Of a stretch of DNA of 64,000 nt, positions 22,678 through 31,905 are shown one piece after another. Within the stretch, counting starts at the first letter, position 1. Each line of letters begins with the position of its first letter. A program made the translations under genes and the position numbers. The notes beneath the pieces are model-generated. The model was not told the DNA's origin. It saw nothing but the letters and a program-made list of their open reading frames with translations, and searched no databases. The stretch covers positions 47,530 through 111,529 of the forward strand of contig NZ_JAIUMR010000004.1 of the NCBI RefSeq assembly GCF_022565475.1, written 5' to 3'. The stretch comes from Aliidiomarina sp. (GTDB taxonomy: Bacteria > Pseudomonadota > Gammaproteobacteria > Enterobacterales > Alteromonadaceae).

Positions 22678-24048
22678 TTAATTTTGCAGCACTAAATAAA
22701 GTTGTGTATTACCGCGACGAAGGTTCAGTGCAATCACGCCGCGACTATTTTGAATCGCTTCTTGGAGGTCACGATTACTGCTTACAGGCTGTCGATTAAC
22801 CGCCAAAATAACGTCGTTTTCGCGCAAGCCAATGCGCTCTGCAGGCGAGCCACTTTCCACGCTCGTCACACGAATGCCTTGACGGTCATCGCTGGTCAAT
22901 TCGGCGCCTTGCAACCCCGGATGGACGGAGGCAGCCTCAATTTGGTCGGCGACTCGCTTTTCAAGTTCGACTTCGATTTGGCGTTCATCGCCGTCACGGA
23001 GGATGGTCAATGTTACCGTGCGACCGGCACCAATGGTACCGACTTTGGCCGCCAATTCAGCGAAAGATAAAACTGGGGTGCCGTCGATGGCGAGAATAAC
23101 ATCACCAGCTTGAATGCCCGCTTTCGCAGCAGCGCCGTCTTCAACAACTTCGCTCACCCACGCGCCTTGCGTGCGGTCGAGTCCGAGTGCATCGGCTAGC
23201 TCTTGATTCAAGTTTCCGCCACGCACGCCGAGTACACCGCGACGAATTTCGCCGAACTCGATGATCTGGTCAACGAGGTTCTTCATCATGTTGGCTGGAA
23301 TCGCGAAACCAATACCAATATTTCCGCCACCACTGCCTAAAATCGCTGTATTGATGCCAATGAGATTACCATGTAAGTCGACTAGGGCACCGCCGGAGTT
23401 GCCGCTATTAATCGCTGCATCGGTTTGTATGAAGTTTTCTAAGCGGTCAATACCCAAGCCACTGCGGCCGAGCGCAGACACAATTCCCGACGTCACGGTT
23501 TGACCAAGGCCGAACGGGTTACCGATGGCAACTACGAAGTCACCAACGCGAAGTTGATCGGAATTCCCAATGGCAACCTCAGTTAGGTTTCGCGGATTCT
23601 CAAGTTGTAACAGGGCGATATCAGACTCTTCGTCACGCCCTAAAACTTTCGCTGTAAATTGACGACCGTCTTTTAAGGTAACGGTGATGTCGGTCGCATC
23701 ATTGATGACATGACTATTGGTCACGACATAGCCGTTTTCAGCATCGATAATGACCCCAGATCCAAGCCCCTGAAATGGCTGTTCGCGAACTTCTTCACGG
23801 GGGGCGTTGGGCCCAAAAAAGAAGCGAAATGCCTCCGGCAAACGCTGGCGCGTGACCCGTTTACCTTGCACGGAGATGTTGACAACTGCAGGCGTGACCT
23901 CTTCAAGCATCGGCGCAAGCGTTGGTACACCGCGCTCATCCGTGGCAGCAGCAGGGAAGCTTGCTGTTGCTGGGGCCAAAGTAAATCCTTGTAAGGTAAG
24001 AATGACAACCGCGATCGCTGCGGTGGAAAGACTTAAGAGTTTTTTCAT
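22678..24048 (-). CDS. degQ: Periplasmic HtrA protease/chaperone DegQ (Do family)
   Basis: Signal peptide, PTLAPMLE, triad TNSHVI/DIALL/GNSGGAL and two PDZ domains; zapG-degQ-degS order. Confidence 0.93.
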   Translation of the reverse strand: MKKLLSLSTAAIAVVILTLQGFTLAPATASFPAAATDERGVPTLAPMLEEVTPAVVNISVQGKRVTRQRLPEAFRFFFGPNAPREEVREQPFQGLGSGVIIDAENGYVVTNSHVINDATDITVTLKDGRQFTAKVLGRDEESDIALLQLENPRNLTEVAIGNSDQLRVGDFVVAIGNPFGLGQTVTSGIVSALGRSGLGIDRLENFIQTDAAINSGNSGGALVDLHGNLIGINTAILGSGGGNIGIGFAIPANMMKNLVDQIIEFGEIRRGVLGVRGGNLNQELADALGLDRTQGAWVSEVVEDGAAAKAGIQAGDVILAIDGTPVLSFAELAAKVGTIGAGRTVTLTILRDGDERQIEVELEKRVADQIEAASVHPGLQGAELTSDDRQGIRVTSVESGSPAERIGLRENDVILAVNRQPVSSNRDLQEAIQNSRGVIALNLRRGNTQLYLVLQN

Positions 24049-24136
24049 CTGTTCTACTCCGATTTAACATCCTGACACTCAGGGCGTTGCAGGCGACTGC
24101 TGAGCAGGCAGCAGGACCACACACCATACAGTTAGC

Positions 24137-24164
24137 ACTGACCGTCGAAAGTAGAAATAAGTTC
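24137..24164 (-). promoter_or_regulatory. Possible sigmaE promoter of degQ
   Basis: Minus strand reads GAACTT-N16-GTCAGT; -35 is consensus, -10 only partial. Confidence 0.4.
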
Positions 24165-24206
24165 GCCATTGCGCGATTTCAAGTTGAAATTTCACGATAA
24201 GCGGAC

Positions 24207-24235
24207 AAAAAAAAGCGCAGCTTAAGGCTGCGCTT
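24207..24235 (-). terminator. Intrinsic terminator after zapG
   Basis: AAGCGCAGC-N5-GCTGCGCTT followed by 8 T on the minus strand. Confidence 0.85.
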
Positions 24236-24258
24236 GGTGTGTTGTATTGAATTGAATG

Positions 24259-24705
24259 TTAACTTTCTTTTTCGGTTTTCACTGGTGTGAAAAGGCCGCT
24301 GCCCGGCTCCGAGTAATCTCGTGGCATCTCGACACCGTCATCTAATTCGGAGTCTTCACGGCGCTCTTTGTTGAGGATGTTCGATTGCCGAATTGAACGC
24401 ATGGTATCTTCAGAAAAGAATGGCAGGGTTTGCTGCCAATCCTTTTCCTGCTCGAGCAGATTCTGACTGTCTTGCAAGAAAAGGTTCAGGCGATGCTGAA
24501 TATCCGTCACTTCCGAGGCGAGTTGGCGCGCGGTGGTGAGTTGCTCGACGACATCTTTGCGATAGGCAGTAAAATGCTCGCGCGTGGCGTCCACTTCAGC
24601 TTTAAGTTGTGCGGATTCACCGGTTTGACTCAAGTAAAAGCGGGCGATGAAAAAACCAATGATCGCACCGGCAATGAGTAACAGAATTCCAAGTAGCCAA
24701 TCCAT
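24259..24705 (-). CDS. zapG: ZapG/YhcB (DUF1043)
   Basis: N-terminal TM helix MDWLLGILLLIAGAIIGFFIARF, coiled coil, C-terminal MPRDYS..SGL motif. ATG follows GAGGA. Confidence 0.9.
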   Translation of the reverse strand: MDWLLGILLLIAGAIIGFFIARFYLSQTGESAQLKAEVDATREHFTAYRKDVVEQLTTARQLASEVTDIQHRLNLFLQDSQNLLEQEKDWQQTLPFFSEDTMRSIRQSNILNKERREDSELDDGVEMPRDYSEPGSGLFTPVKTEKES

Positions 24706-24802
24706 AATTTCATTCCTCAACAGTATGAAGGCATTCGATCGCAACAAGTGTGATCTAATTTCGGACTTAATGGTATCATGTTTACATTCGAACAGAAGTC
24801 AG

Positions 24803-25957
24803 ATGTCAGGCAAAATTGTGGCAAAAAACGGAAATAATCAATTGCACTCAATCACAACGACTCCATGGGAAGCTTATCAAGCGGATTTAGAACGCAGTGA
24901 TTTTCATCCTGACGCGGCGCAAGAGAAGGCGGTGCAACATTTGCAGCGGCTGTACGATGACTTGCTCAAGGCGCCGAAAAAGCGGGGTCTGAAGAAGTTG
25001 TTACCGTCAACGTTGAAGAAAACCAAGACAAACCCAATCAAGGGTCTTTATTTTTGGGGAGGGGTTGGCCGCGGGAAAACCTATCTCGTCGATACGTTCT
25101 TCAATGCGTTACCCTTTGAAGACAAGTGGCGGGTCCATTTTCATCGTTTTATGCACCGGATTCACCAAGAACTTCAAGAGCTCAAAGGAACCTCGGATCC
25201 ACTGCCACAAATCGCCCAAAAGATAGCCAAAGAAGCGCGAGTGATTTGTTTTGACGAATTTTATGTACAAGACATCACTGACGCCATGATTTTGGCAACC
25301 TTGTTGGATGCCTTGTTCAAGAATAATGTGGTTCTTGTCGCAACGTCGAATATTGTACCAGACGATCTTTATAAAAACGGTCTGCAACGTGCACGTTTCA
25401 TCCCCGCGATTGAACTCATCAATCAACATTGTGAAATCGTCAATGTCGACGGCGGTGTTGACTATCGCTTGCGGACATTAAAACAAGCGGAAATCTTTCA
25501 CGCGCCGTTGGATGAGCAAGCCGATAAAAACTTAGTGAAGTATTTCCACCAACTGGCGCCCGATCACACGGCGCATAAATGTGACGAACCGATTACCATC
25601 AACGGTCGCCCGATTCATGTGCGCTGTGAAGCGGATGATGTTGCCTTTTTCGACTTCAAAGCCTTGTGCGACAGCCCGCGGAGCCAGAACGATTATATTG
25701 AACTTGCCCGGCTCTATCATGCAGTGTTAGTCAGTAATGTGCCGCAAATGGGGCGTGACAAAGACGATGCTGCACGACGCTTCATCGCCTTGGTCGACGA
25801 ATTTTATGAGCACAAGGTCAAGCTGATTTTGTCGGCGGAAGTTCCACTCAACGAGCTCTATACCGGTGGTGGTTTGAGTTTTGAGTTTCGCCGTTGTTTG
25901 AGTCGTTTGCAGGAAATGCAGTCACATGAGTATTTAGGCTTAGAGCACTTACCCTGA
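24803..25957 (+). CDS. zapE: AFG1-family ATPase ZapE
   Basis: GLYFWGGVGRGKT, HFHRFM, CFDEFYV, RRFIALVDEFYE and SRLQEMQS. Start uncertain (ATG 24803 or TTG 24842). Confidence 0.93.
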   Translation: MSGKIVAKNGNNQLHSITTTPWEAYQADLERSDFHPDAAQEKAVQHLQRLYDDLLKAPKKRGLKKLLPSTLKKTKTNPIKGLYFWGGVGRGKTYLVDTFFNALPFEDKWRVHFHRFMHRIHQELQELKGTSDPLPQIAQKIAKEARVICFDEFYVQDITDAMILATLLDALFKNNVVLVATSNIVPDDLYKNGLQRARFIPAIELINQHCEIVNVDGGVDYRLRTLKQAEIFHAPLDEQADKNLVKYFHQLAPDHTAHKCDEPITINGRPIHVRCEADDVAFFDFKALCDSPRSQNDYIELARLYHAVLVSNVPQMGRDKDDAARRFIALVDEFYEHKVKLILSAEVPLNELYTGGGLSFEFRRCLSRLQEMQSHEYLGLEHLP

Positions 25958-25981
25958 GGCTTAAAAAAACACCACTTTACG

Positions 25982-26010
25982 TTGCGTTTAAAAGCCTGCC
26001 TGTATATAAT
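25982..26010 (+). promoter_or_regulatory. sigma70 promoter of rplM-rpsI with GC-rich discriminator
   Basis: TTGCGT-N17-TATAAT followed by GTCGGCCGCCC. Confidence 0.8.
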
Positions 26011-26016
26011 GTCGGC

Positions 26017-26124
26017 CGCCCACGTTACCTACCCCGGTTTTGACGGGGTTAAAATTTATTGGCATTTCGCGGGGAAGCCCGGAAAGCCGCAAGGTAAACT
26101 CATGAATTTGGGTATAGATAACTC
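26017..26124 (+). promoter_or_regulatory. Structured 5' leader of rplM (candidate L13 autoregulatory element)
   Basis: Hairpins at 26031-26049 and 26061-26088; weak SD. Confidence 0.5.
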
Positions 26125-26553
26125 ATGAAAACTTTTGTAGCAAAAGCAGAAACTGTAAAACGCGACTGGTTTGTCGTTGACGCAGACGGTAAAACTTTGG
26201 GTCGCCTAGCGACTGAAGTGGCAACTCGTTTACGTGGAAAGCATAAGCCTGAGTACACACCTCACGTTGATACTGGTGACTATATTGTTATCGTTAACGC
26301 TGAGAAAATTGCTGTGACTGGTAATAAAGCGAAAGCGAAAATGTATCACGCACACAGCGGTTATCCTGGTGGTCTGAAGTCAATTAGCTTTGAAAAGCTA
26401 CAGGCGAAGAAACCAGAAATGATCATCGAAGCAGCTGTAAAAGGCATGCTGCCACGTGGTCCACTTGGCCGTGCGATGTTCCGTAAGCTGAAAGTGTTCG
26501 CGGGTCCTGAGCACACGCACGCAGCTCAGCAGCCTAAACCTTTAGAGATTTAA
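26125..26553 (+). CDS. rplM: 50S ribosomal protein L13
   Basis: MKTF...[27 protein letters not shown]...HAAQQP. Confidence 0.99.
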   Translation: MKTFVAKAETVKRDWFVVDADGKTLGRLATEVATRLRGKHKPEYTPHVDTGDYIVIVNAEKIAVTGNKAKAKMYHAHSGYPGGLKSISFEKLQAKKPEMIIEAAVKGMLPRGPLGRAMFRKLKVFAGPEHTHAAQQPKPLEI

Positions 26554-26569
26554 TACGGAGCAGATGAAG

Positions 26570-26962
26570 ATGGCAGATAATCAATACTACGGTACAGGTC
26601 GTCGCAAAAGCTCTACAGCGCGTGTTTTCTTACGTGCTGGCAGCGGTGACATTAAAATCAACAACCGTTCAATCGAAGAGTATTTCGGTCGCGAAACTGC
26701 GCGCATGGTTGTACGTCAGCCTCTAGAACTTCTAGAGATGTCTGAGAAGTTTGACCTTTACATCACCGTGACTGGTGGTGGTACTACAGGTCAGGCGGGT
26801 GCAATCCGTCACGGTATTACCCGTGCACTGATGCAGTACGACGAAGCACTTCGTGGTGACTTACGTAAAGCGGGTTATGTTACTCGTGATGCACGTAAAG
26901 TTGAGCGTAAGAAAGTTGGTCTTCACAAAGCGCGTAAGCGTCCACAGTTCTCGAAGCGTTAA
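26570..26962 (+). CDS. rpsI: 30S ribosomal protein S9
   Basis: [13 protein letters not shown]...[14 protein letters not shown] 26570 is at optimal distance from GGAG. Confidence 0.99.
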   Translation: MADNQYYGTGRRKSSTARVFLRAGSGDIKINNRSIEEYFGRETARMVVRQPLELLEMSEKFDLYITVTGGGTTGQAGAIRHGITRALMQYDEALRGDLRKAGYVTRDARKVERKKVGLHKARKRPQFSKR

Positions 26963-27014
26963 GCTGTCAAACAGTGGGCAACAGATTTACTGTTGCAAGC
27001 AGACAATTTTCAGC

Positions 27015-27044
27015 AAAAACCCGGCGTATGTGCCGGGTTTTTTT
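27015..27044 (+). terminator. Intrinsic terminator after rpsI
   Basis: AAAAACCCGGC-N6-GCCGGGTTTTTTT. Confidence 0.9.
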
Positions 27045-27195
27045 ATTCCCATGTGGAATGGTGTTACTCCCTGCTTATGGGATACTGCCCAATCAGCTGT
27101 AACACCCAGAAAATAAGAGTTACAGCAAAACTACTCGATTCTGGTAAAGGTGCCAATACCACGAATTTCTCTGTGGTTTTACTTGCGCCTGTGCC

Positions 27196-27224
27196 TTGTA
27201 AAGAAGGCTGATTTTCTTTATGAT
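27196..27224 (+). promoter_or_regulatory. sigma70 promoter of petABC
   Basis: TTGTAA-N17-TATGAT, about 80 nt upstream of petA. Confidence 0.65.
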
Positions 27225-27303
27225 TACAGGGATTTTTTTCGAGTAAGCATTGAGTTAATTTTGCTGCGTAATTTCGCACAGCGTCCAAACTGGAGAGAAA
27301 TGG

Positions 27304-27891
27304 ATGAGCAATGCGCCTGTAGATAAAGGCCGTCGTCGGTTTCTGACTGTCGCTACCTCGGTAGTTGGCGGCGCAGGAGTTGTCGGTGCCGCCGTGCCCT
27401 TCATTGCTTCATGGAACCCAAGTGCCAAAGCCCGTATTGCGGGTGCACCGGTGGAAGTGAAGATTGACAAGATTGAGCCAGGTCAGTTAGTTCGGGTTGA
27501 GTGGCGTGGAGCCCCTGTATGGGTCATCCGCCGTACTCAGGAAATGTTGGATAGTCTGCCCCTTGCAGATAGCCGCTTACGTGACCCTGAGTCTAATGAA
27601 CCACAACAACCGGAATATGCCAAGAACCAACACCGTTCAATTAACCCAGAGTGGTTTATTGCGGTTGGTATTTGTACTCACCTCGGTTGTTCGCCACAGT
27701 ATTTTGAACGTAATTTTGGTATTGCTGAAGGAATCGATTCTGGTTTCTTCTGTGCTTGCCATGGTTCACGTTTTGATATCGCGGGTCGGGTGTTCCAAGG
27801 TGTTCCGGCACCTAGCAACTTGGTAGTTCCACCACACTATTTCATCGACGATGAAACTGTATTAGTGGGCGAAGAAGAGGGAGCAGCCTAA
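27304..27891 (+). CDS. petA: Ubiquinol-cytochrome c reductase Rieske subunit
   Basis: Tat motif RRRFL; Rieske boxes CTHLGC and CACHGS. Confidence 0.96.
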   Translation: MSNAPVDKGRRRFLTVATSVVGGAGVVGAAVPFIASWNPSAKARIAGAPVEVKIDKIEPGQLVRVEWRGAPVWVIRRTQEMLDSLPLADSRLRDPESNEPQQPEYAKNQHRSINPEWFIAVGICTHLGCSPQYFERNFGIAEGIDSGFFCACHGSRFDIAGRVFQGVPAPSNLVVPPHYFIDDETVLVGEEEGAA

Positions 27892-29150
27892 TGTCACTCA
27901 TGAACTGGATTGATAAGCGGATTCCGTTTAGCAACACCATGAAGTTGCACGTGACCGAGTACCCGGCACCAAAGAACTTTAACTTTTGGTATCTCATGGG
28001 TTCGTTGGCGATTGTGGTTCTCGTGAACCAAATCGTGACCGGTATTTGGTTGACCATGAGCTATAACCCAAGCGCAGAGGGCGCTTTCGCGTCTGTAGAA
28101 TACATCATGCGTGATGTTGAGTACGGTTGGCTGTTGCGTTATATGCACTCCACCGGCGCTTCAGCGTTTTTCGTGGTGGTCTACTTGCACATGTTCCGCG
28201 GTCTCATGTACGGCTCCTATCAGAAGCCGCGTGAATTGCTGTGGATCTTCGGTATGTTGATCTTCTTGGTCTTAATGGCAGAAGCCTTTATGGGTTACTT
28301 GTTGCCATGGGGGCAGATGTCCTACTGGGGTGCGCAGGTTATTATCTCGCTGTTTGGTGCAATTCCGATTATCGGTGATGACCTAACGACTTGGATTCGC
28401 GGTGACTACGTTATTTCTGGTGCGACCCTGAACCGTTTCTTTGCTTTGCATGTTATTGCCTTGCCATTAGTCTTGGTTATCTTAGTCTTCTTACACTTAA
28501 TTGCCTTGCATGAAGTGGGCTCTAACAACCCAGACGGTATCGACATCAAGAAACCAAAAGGTTCTGTGCCTGAAGAAGAGCAAGCGAAATTCAAGTTCCA
28601 CGAGCGTTATACCAGCAAGTATGACATCGTCGATGCGATTCCATTCCACCCGTACTATACGGTGAAAGATATCGTTGGCTTGGTCGTGTTCTTGATTTTG
28701 TGTTCACTGGTCATTTTCTATGCGCCAACGATGGGCGGCTTCTTCCTTGAGCCACCTAACTTCCAGGCCGCTGACCCGATGGTGACGCCAGAACACATTG
28801 CACCTGTTTGGTATTTCACACCGTTTTACGCGATTTTGCGTGCGGTTCCAGACAAGCTGACCGGTGTTATCTTGATGTTTGGTGCCATCGTGATGTTAGC
28901 CTTGATTCCTTGGCTAGATCGCGCGAAAGCACGTTCAGTTCGCTATCGCAGCACGCTGCATAAAGTTAACTTAACGCAGTTCGCCATCAGCTTCGTTATC
29001 CTAGGTTACTTGGGTGCGATGCCAGCGACTGACTTGTATACCTTTATTGCTCGCGTTTGTACGATTCTGTACTTCGGCTTCTTTATTGCGCTGTTCTTCT
29101 ACAGCAAGAATGAGAAGATTAAGCCACTACCAGAGAGGTTGACGAAATGA
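27891..29150 (+). CDS. petB: Cytochrome b (bc1 complex)
   Basis: RYMHSTGAS, LHMFRGL, LPWGQMSYWG, RFFALH and Qo motif PVWY. Confidence 0.97.
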   Translation: MSLMNWIDKRIPFSNTMKLHVTEYPAPKNFNFWYLMGSLAIVVLVNQIVTGIWLTMSYNPSAEGAFASVEYIMRDVEYGWLLRYMHSTGASAFFVVVYLHMFRGLMYGSYQKPRELLWIFGMLIFLVLMAEAFMGYLLPWGQMSYWGAQVIISLFGAIPIIGDDLTTWIRGDYVISGATLNRFFALHVIALPLVLVILVFLHLIALHEVGSNNPDGIDIKKPKGSVPEEEQAKFKFHERYTSKYDIVDAIPFHPYYTVKDIVGLVVFLILCSLVIFYAPTMGGFFLEPPNFQAADPMVTPEHIAPVWYFTPFYAILRAVPDKLTGVILMFGAIVMLALIPWLDRAKARSVRYRSTLHKVNLTQFAISFVILGYLGAMPATDLYTFIARVCTILYFGFFIALFFYSKNEKIKPLPERLTK

Positions 29151-29884
29151 TGAAGCGTTTTCTAATGGCTCTGGCGTTGCTTATTCCTGCCACCGTATTG
29201 GCGGCAGGCTACAGCGGCCCGCTAGACAAAGCGAACATTGATCAGTCTGATAAAGCTTCTCTGCAGCGTGGCGCGCAGATCTACATGAACTACTGCTTGG
29301 GTTGCCACAGCATGGAGTATCAGCGCTATCAACGGACATTCGAAGACTTAGGTATTCCAGTCGATCTCGGTGAAGAGTTTTTACAATTCACCGGCGACGG
29401 TCCTGGTTCACACAAGTTCTCAGCCATCGATCGCGACAGCGCACCGGAGTGGTTTGGTCTGGCACCACCAGACTTGACCATGGTGGCACGTGTTCGCGGC
29501 GCTGACTGGTTATATACCTTCTTCCGTAGCTTCTATGTCGATGATAGCCGCCCGTTTGGCGTCAACAACGAAGTGTTTGACAACGTTGGTATGCCTTGGG
29601 TACTTGAAGAGATGCAAGGTGTTCCGCGTAAAACGTACGAACGTCGTATGGTTGATGGCGAAATGCGCGAAGTGTATGTCGGCATCAAGTCTGACGGTAC
29701 GGGTCGCTTAAGCGAAGAAGAATTTGACCAAGCAATGTTAGATCTAACTAACTTCTTGGTTTACACCGGTGAACCTATGATTCTTGAGCGTCAGCGCTTA
29801 GGTATGTTTGTCATTGGTTTCTTACTGGTGTTGCTCGTCCTGAGTATTCTTTTGAAGAAAGAATACTGGCGCGACGTCAAATAA
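29147..29884 (+). CDS. petC: Cytochrome c1
   Basis: Signal peptide, CLGCH heme motif, PPDL and C-terminal TM ending KKEYWRDVK. Confidence 0.96.
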   Translation: MMKRFLMALALLIPATVLAAGYSGPLDKANIDQSDKASLQRGAQIYMNYCLGCHSMEYQRYQRTFEDLGIPVDLGEEFLQFTGDGPGSHKFSAIDRDSAPEWFGLAPPDLTMVARVRGADWLYTFFRSFYVDDSRPFGVNNEVFDNVGMPWVLEEMQGVPRKTYERRMVDGEMREVYVGIKSDGTGRLSEEEFDQAMLDLTNFLVYTGEPMILERQRLGMFVIGFLLVLLVLSILLKKEYWRDVK

Positions 29885-29944
29885 TTCTATTTGAAAGTAG
29901 CCTGCATGAAGTTGCAACCTACTGGAAAATAAGAATGTTTATTC

Positions 29945-29973
29945 GGGGGCGAGGTTCGCCCCCTTTGCTGTTT
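29945..29973 (+). terminator. Terminator-like hairpin between petC and sspA
   Basis: GGGGGCGA-GGT-TCGCCCCC followed by TTTGCTGTTT (interrupted U-tract). Confidence 0.55.
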
Positions 29974-29992
29974 TCTGAGAGTGGAGAATCTT

Positions 29993-30628
29993 ATGGCTGT
30001 TGCTGCCAATAAGCGTTCAGTAATGACCCTGTATTCAGGGAAAGATGATTTATTCAGTCACCAAACACGTATTGTTTTGGCTGAGAAAGGGGTAACGGTT
30101 GAAATCGCTTTTGTCGAACAGGATAACCAACCGGAAGACCTGCTGCAGCTAAACCCATACGCGGACAATGTACCCACCTTAGTTGACCGCGAGCTTGTTC
30201 TCTATAAAGCTCAAATTATCATGGAATACCTTGATGAGCGTTTTCCTCATCCACCGTTGATGCCTGTATACCCAGTAGCGCGCGGTACCAGTCGCTTGAT
30301 GATGTATCGCATAGAGCGTGATTGGTATGCACTTGCAGAGACGGTATTGAAAGGAAGCAAGAAAGAAGCCGAAGCTGCTCGTCAAGAACTGAAAGAGAGT
30401 ATTCTTGCGTTAGCTCCAGTGTTTGCCGATACGCCGTTTTTTATGAGCGAAGAGTTCACGCTTGTTGACTGCTACCTAGCACCATTATTGTGGCGCTTGC
30501 CAGTCTATGGCATCGAGCTGTCGGGTTCTGGCGCGAAAGAAGTGAAGCAGTATATGCTGCGCTTGTTTGAACGGGAAGCTTTCCGTGACTCATTAACGGA
30601 AGACGAACGCGAAATCGGTAAAGTTTAG
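29993..30628 (+). CDS. sspA: Stringent starvation protein A
   Basis: MAVAANKRSVMTLYSG, LVDRELVLY..QIIMEYLDERFPHPPLMPVYP. Confidence 0.97.
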   Translation: MAVAANKRSVMTLYSGKDDLFSHQTRIVLAEKGVTVEIAFVEQDNQPEDLLQLNPYADNVPTLVDRELVLYKAQIIMEYLDERFPHPPLMPVYPVARGTSRLMMYRIERDWYALAETVLKGSKKEAEAARQELKESILALAPVFADTPFFMSEEFTLVDCYLAPLLWRLPVYGIELSGSGAKEVKQYMLRLFEREAFRDSLTEDEREIGKV

Positions 30629-31173
30629 TGATGTTGTCGCCTCGCCGTCCTTATTTGCTGCGCGCTTTGTACGATTGGTTACTCGACAACAACCTCACGC
30701 CTCACGTCGTTGTTGATGCAACGTGGCCGTTGGTAAACGTGCCGCAGCAGTTCGTGAAGGACGGCCAAATCGTATTAAACGTCGCTCCTAGCGCTGTGCA
30801 AGCGTTTTATATGGATAATGAAGGTGTGCGTTTTCGTGCGCGCTTTAGCGGTCAGGAACAGCGCATTGAACTGCCCATCGGTTCTATTCTTGCCATCTAC
30901 GCAAGGGAAAATGGTGCAGGCAGTATCTTCGAGGCAGAAGACGGCTTGATGCCAGGCGCAGCAACTGCACCGGCAGGCGTCGAGTCAGCACAGCCGTCAC
31001 TTGTTGCCGTGAGCGACGATGAAAACAATAAAGAACCAGACGCAAGCGCAAAAGGCGATGCGGTGGCTGAAGAAAATCCTGACAACAACGAGAAAGCAGA
31101 TGCGAACAAGCCAGTGCAAATAGATCCGCCTGTTCGTGGACGCCCTAAGCTCCGCGTAATTCAGGACGACTAG
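30628..31173 (+). CDS. sspB: ClpXP adaptor SspB
   Basis: RPYLLRALYDW..DN.LTPH, ARFSG, AIYARENGAG and RPKLRVI tail. Confidence 0.95.
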   Translation: MMLSPRRPYLLRALYDWLLDNNLTPHVVVDATWPLVNVPQQFVKDGQIVLNVAPSAVQAFYMDNEGVRFRARFSGQEQRIELPIGSILAIYARENGAGSIFEAEDGLMPGAATAPAGVESAQPSLVAVSDDENNKEPDASAKGDAVAEENPDNNEKADANKPVQIDPPVRGRPKLRVIQDD

Positions 31174-31247
31174 TTCGTAGATGAGCTGAGAAAAAATCGC
31201 GAATAGTCGGGGCCGCATCAACCGGGACTCACTGCTAAGCCGCTACC

Positions 31248-31286
31248 AAGGCCTGATTTCGATAGTTAATCGACGTCAGGCCTTTT
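31248..31286 (+). terminator. Hairpin/terminator between convergent sspB and dolP
   Basis: AAGGCCTGA..TCGAT-N5-ATCGA..TCAGGCCTT followed by TT. Confidence 0.6.
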
Positions 31287-31339
31287 CATTTCAGCTGAAT
31301 ACGCTTGTTTGACGCTACGCTGCTTGGTCGTGGGTAAGG

Positions 31340-31903
31340 TTACGATTGCACAACTAAAGCATTGACCACACGATTAACGCGACTAACATGACGCGCGATT
31401 TCAATGGCGCGATCCGCCTGAGCTTGATTCACAATTCCCAGCAAGAAGACTTCTCGTCTTTCAGTCACAACTTTGACTCCGGATAGGTCGAGATCGTTTT
31501 CACGCAGTAACTCGGCTTTTACTCGAGTAGTAATCCAACTGTCGTCCGCACGCTCGCGCAGTGAAGCCACCTCTCCAACGGTGAGTTGATTGAAGATATG
31601 CACAACACCATCGGTTTCTCGGGCAAACCGTTCCGCTTTTTGTTTTAACTCAGCATTGGCGACTTGGCCAAACAAAAGCACATCGCCATTATAAGAAATG
31701 ACCCGCACGCGCTGTTGGTCAAAGTCATCGTCACGATTCACTAAGCCTAAAACGCGCAGCCGGATGGCCGTGTCGTCGACTTGGGTATTGACATCACGAC
31801 TATCTAAAGCGACCGCTGTGGTACCGACCGCGGCACCTACAACAATCGCCGCACAGCCTTGCAATAGCGGTAAGCATAACAGTAATAGTAGACCAATGCG
31901 CAT
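31340..31903 (-). CDS. dolP: Dual-BON lipoprotein DolP (YraP)
   Basis: Lipobox LLQGC; two BON domains (VLLFGQV, DSWITTRVKA, VFLLGIV). Confidence 0.92.
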   Translation of the reverse strand: MRIGLLLLLCLPLLQGCAAIVVGAAVGTTAVALDSRDVNTQVDDTAIRLRVLGLVNRDDDFDQQRVRVISYNGDVLLFGQVANAELKQKAERFARETDGVVHIFNQLTVGEVASLRERADDSWITTRVKAELLRENDLDLSGVKVVTERREVFLLGIVNQAQADRAIEIARHVSRVNRVVNALVVQS

Positions 31904-31905
31904 TG

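Noticed and set aside
24746-24767. CRP-like site AAGTGTGATCTAATTTCGGACT between zapG and zapE
   Set aside because: Only one half-site matches, and its position does not fit class I or II spacing to the TATCAT -10.
27051-27116. 21-aa ORF MWNGVTPCLWDTAQSAVTPRK upstream of pet
   Set aside because: It has no SD, starts right after a strong terminator, and has no supporting features.
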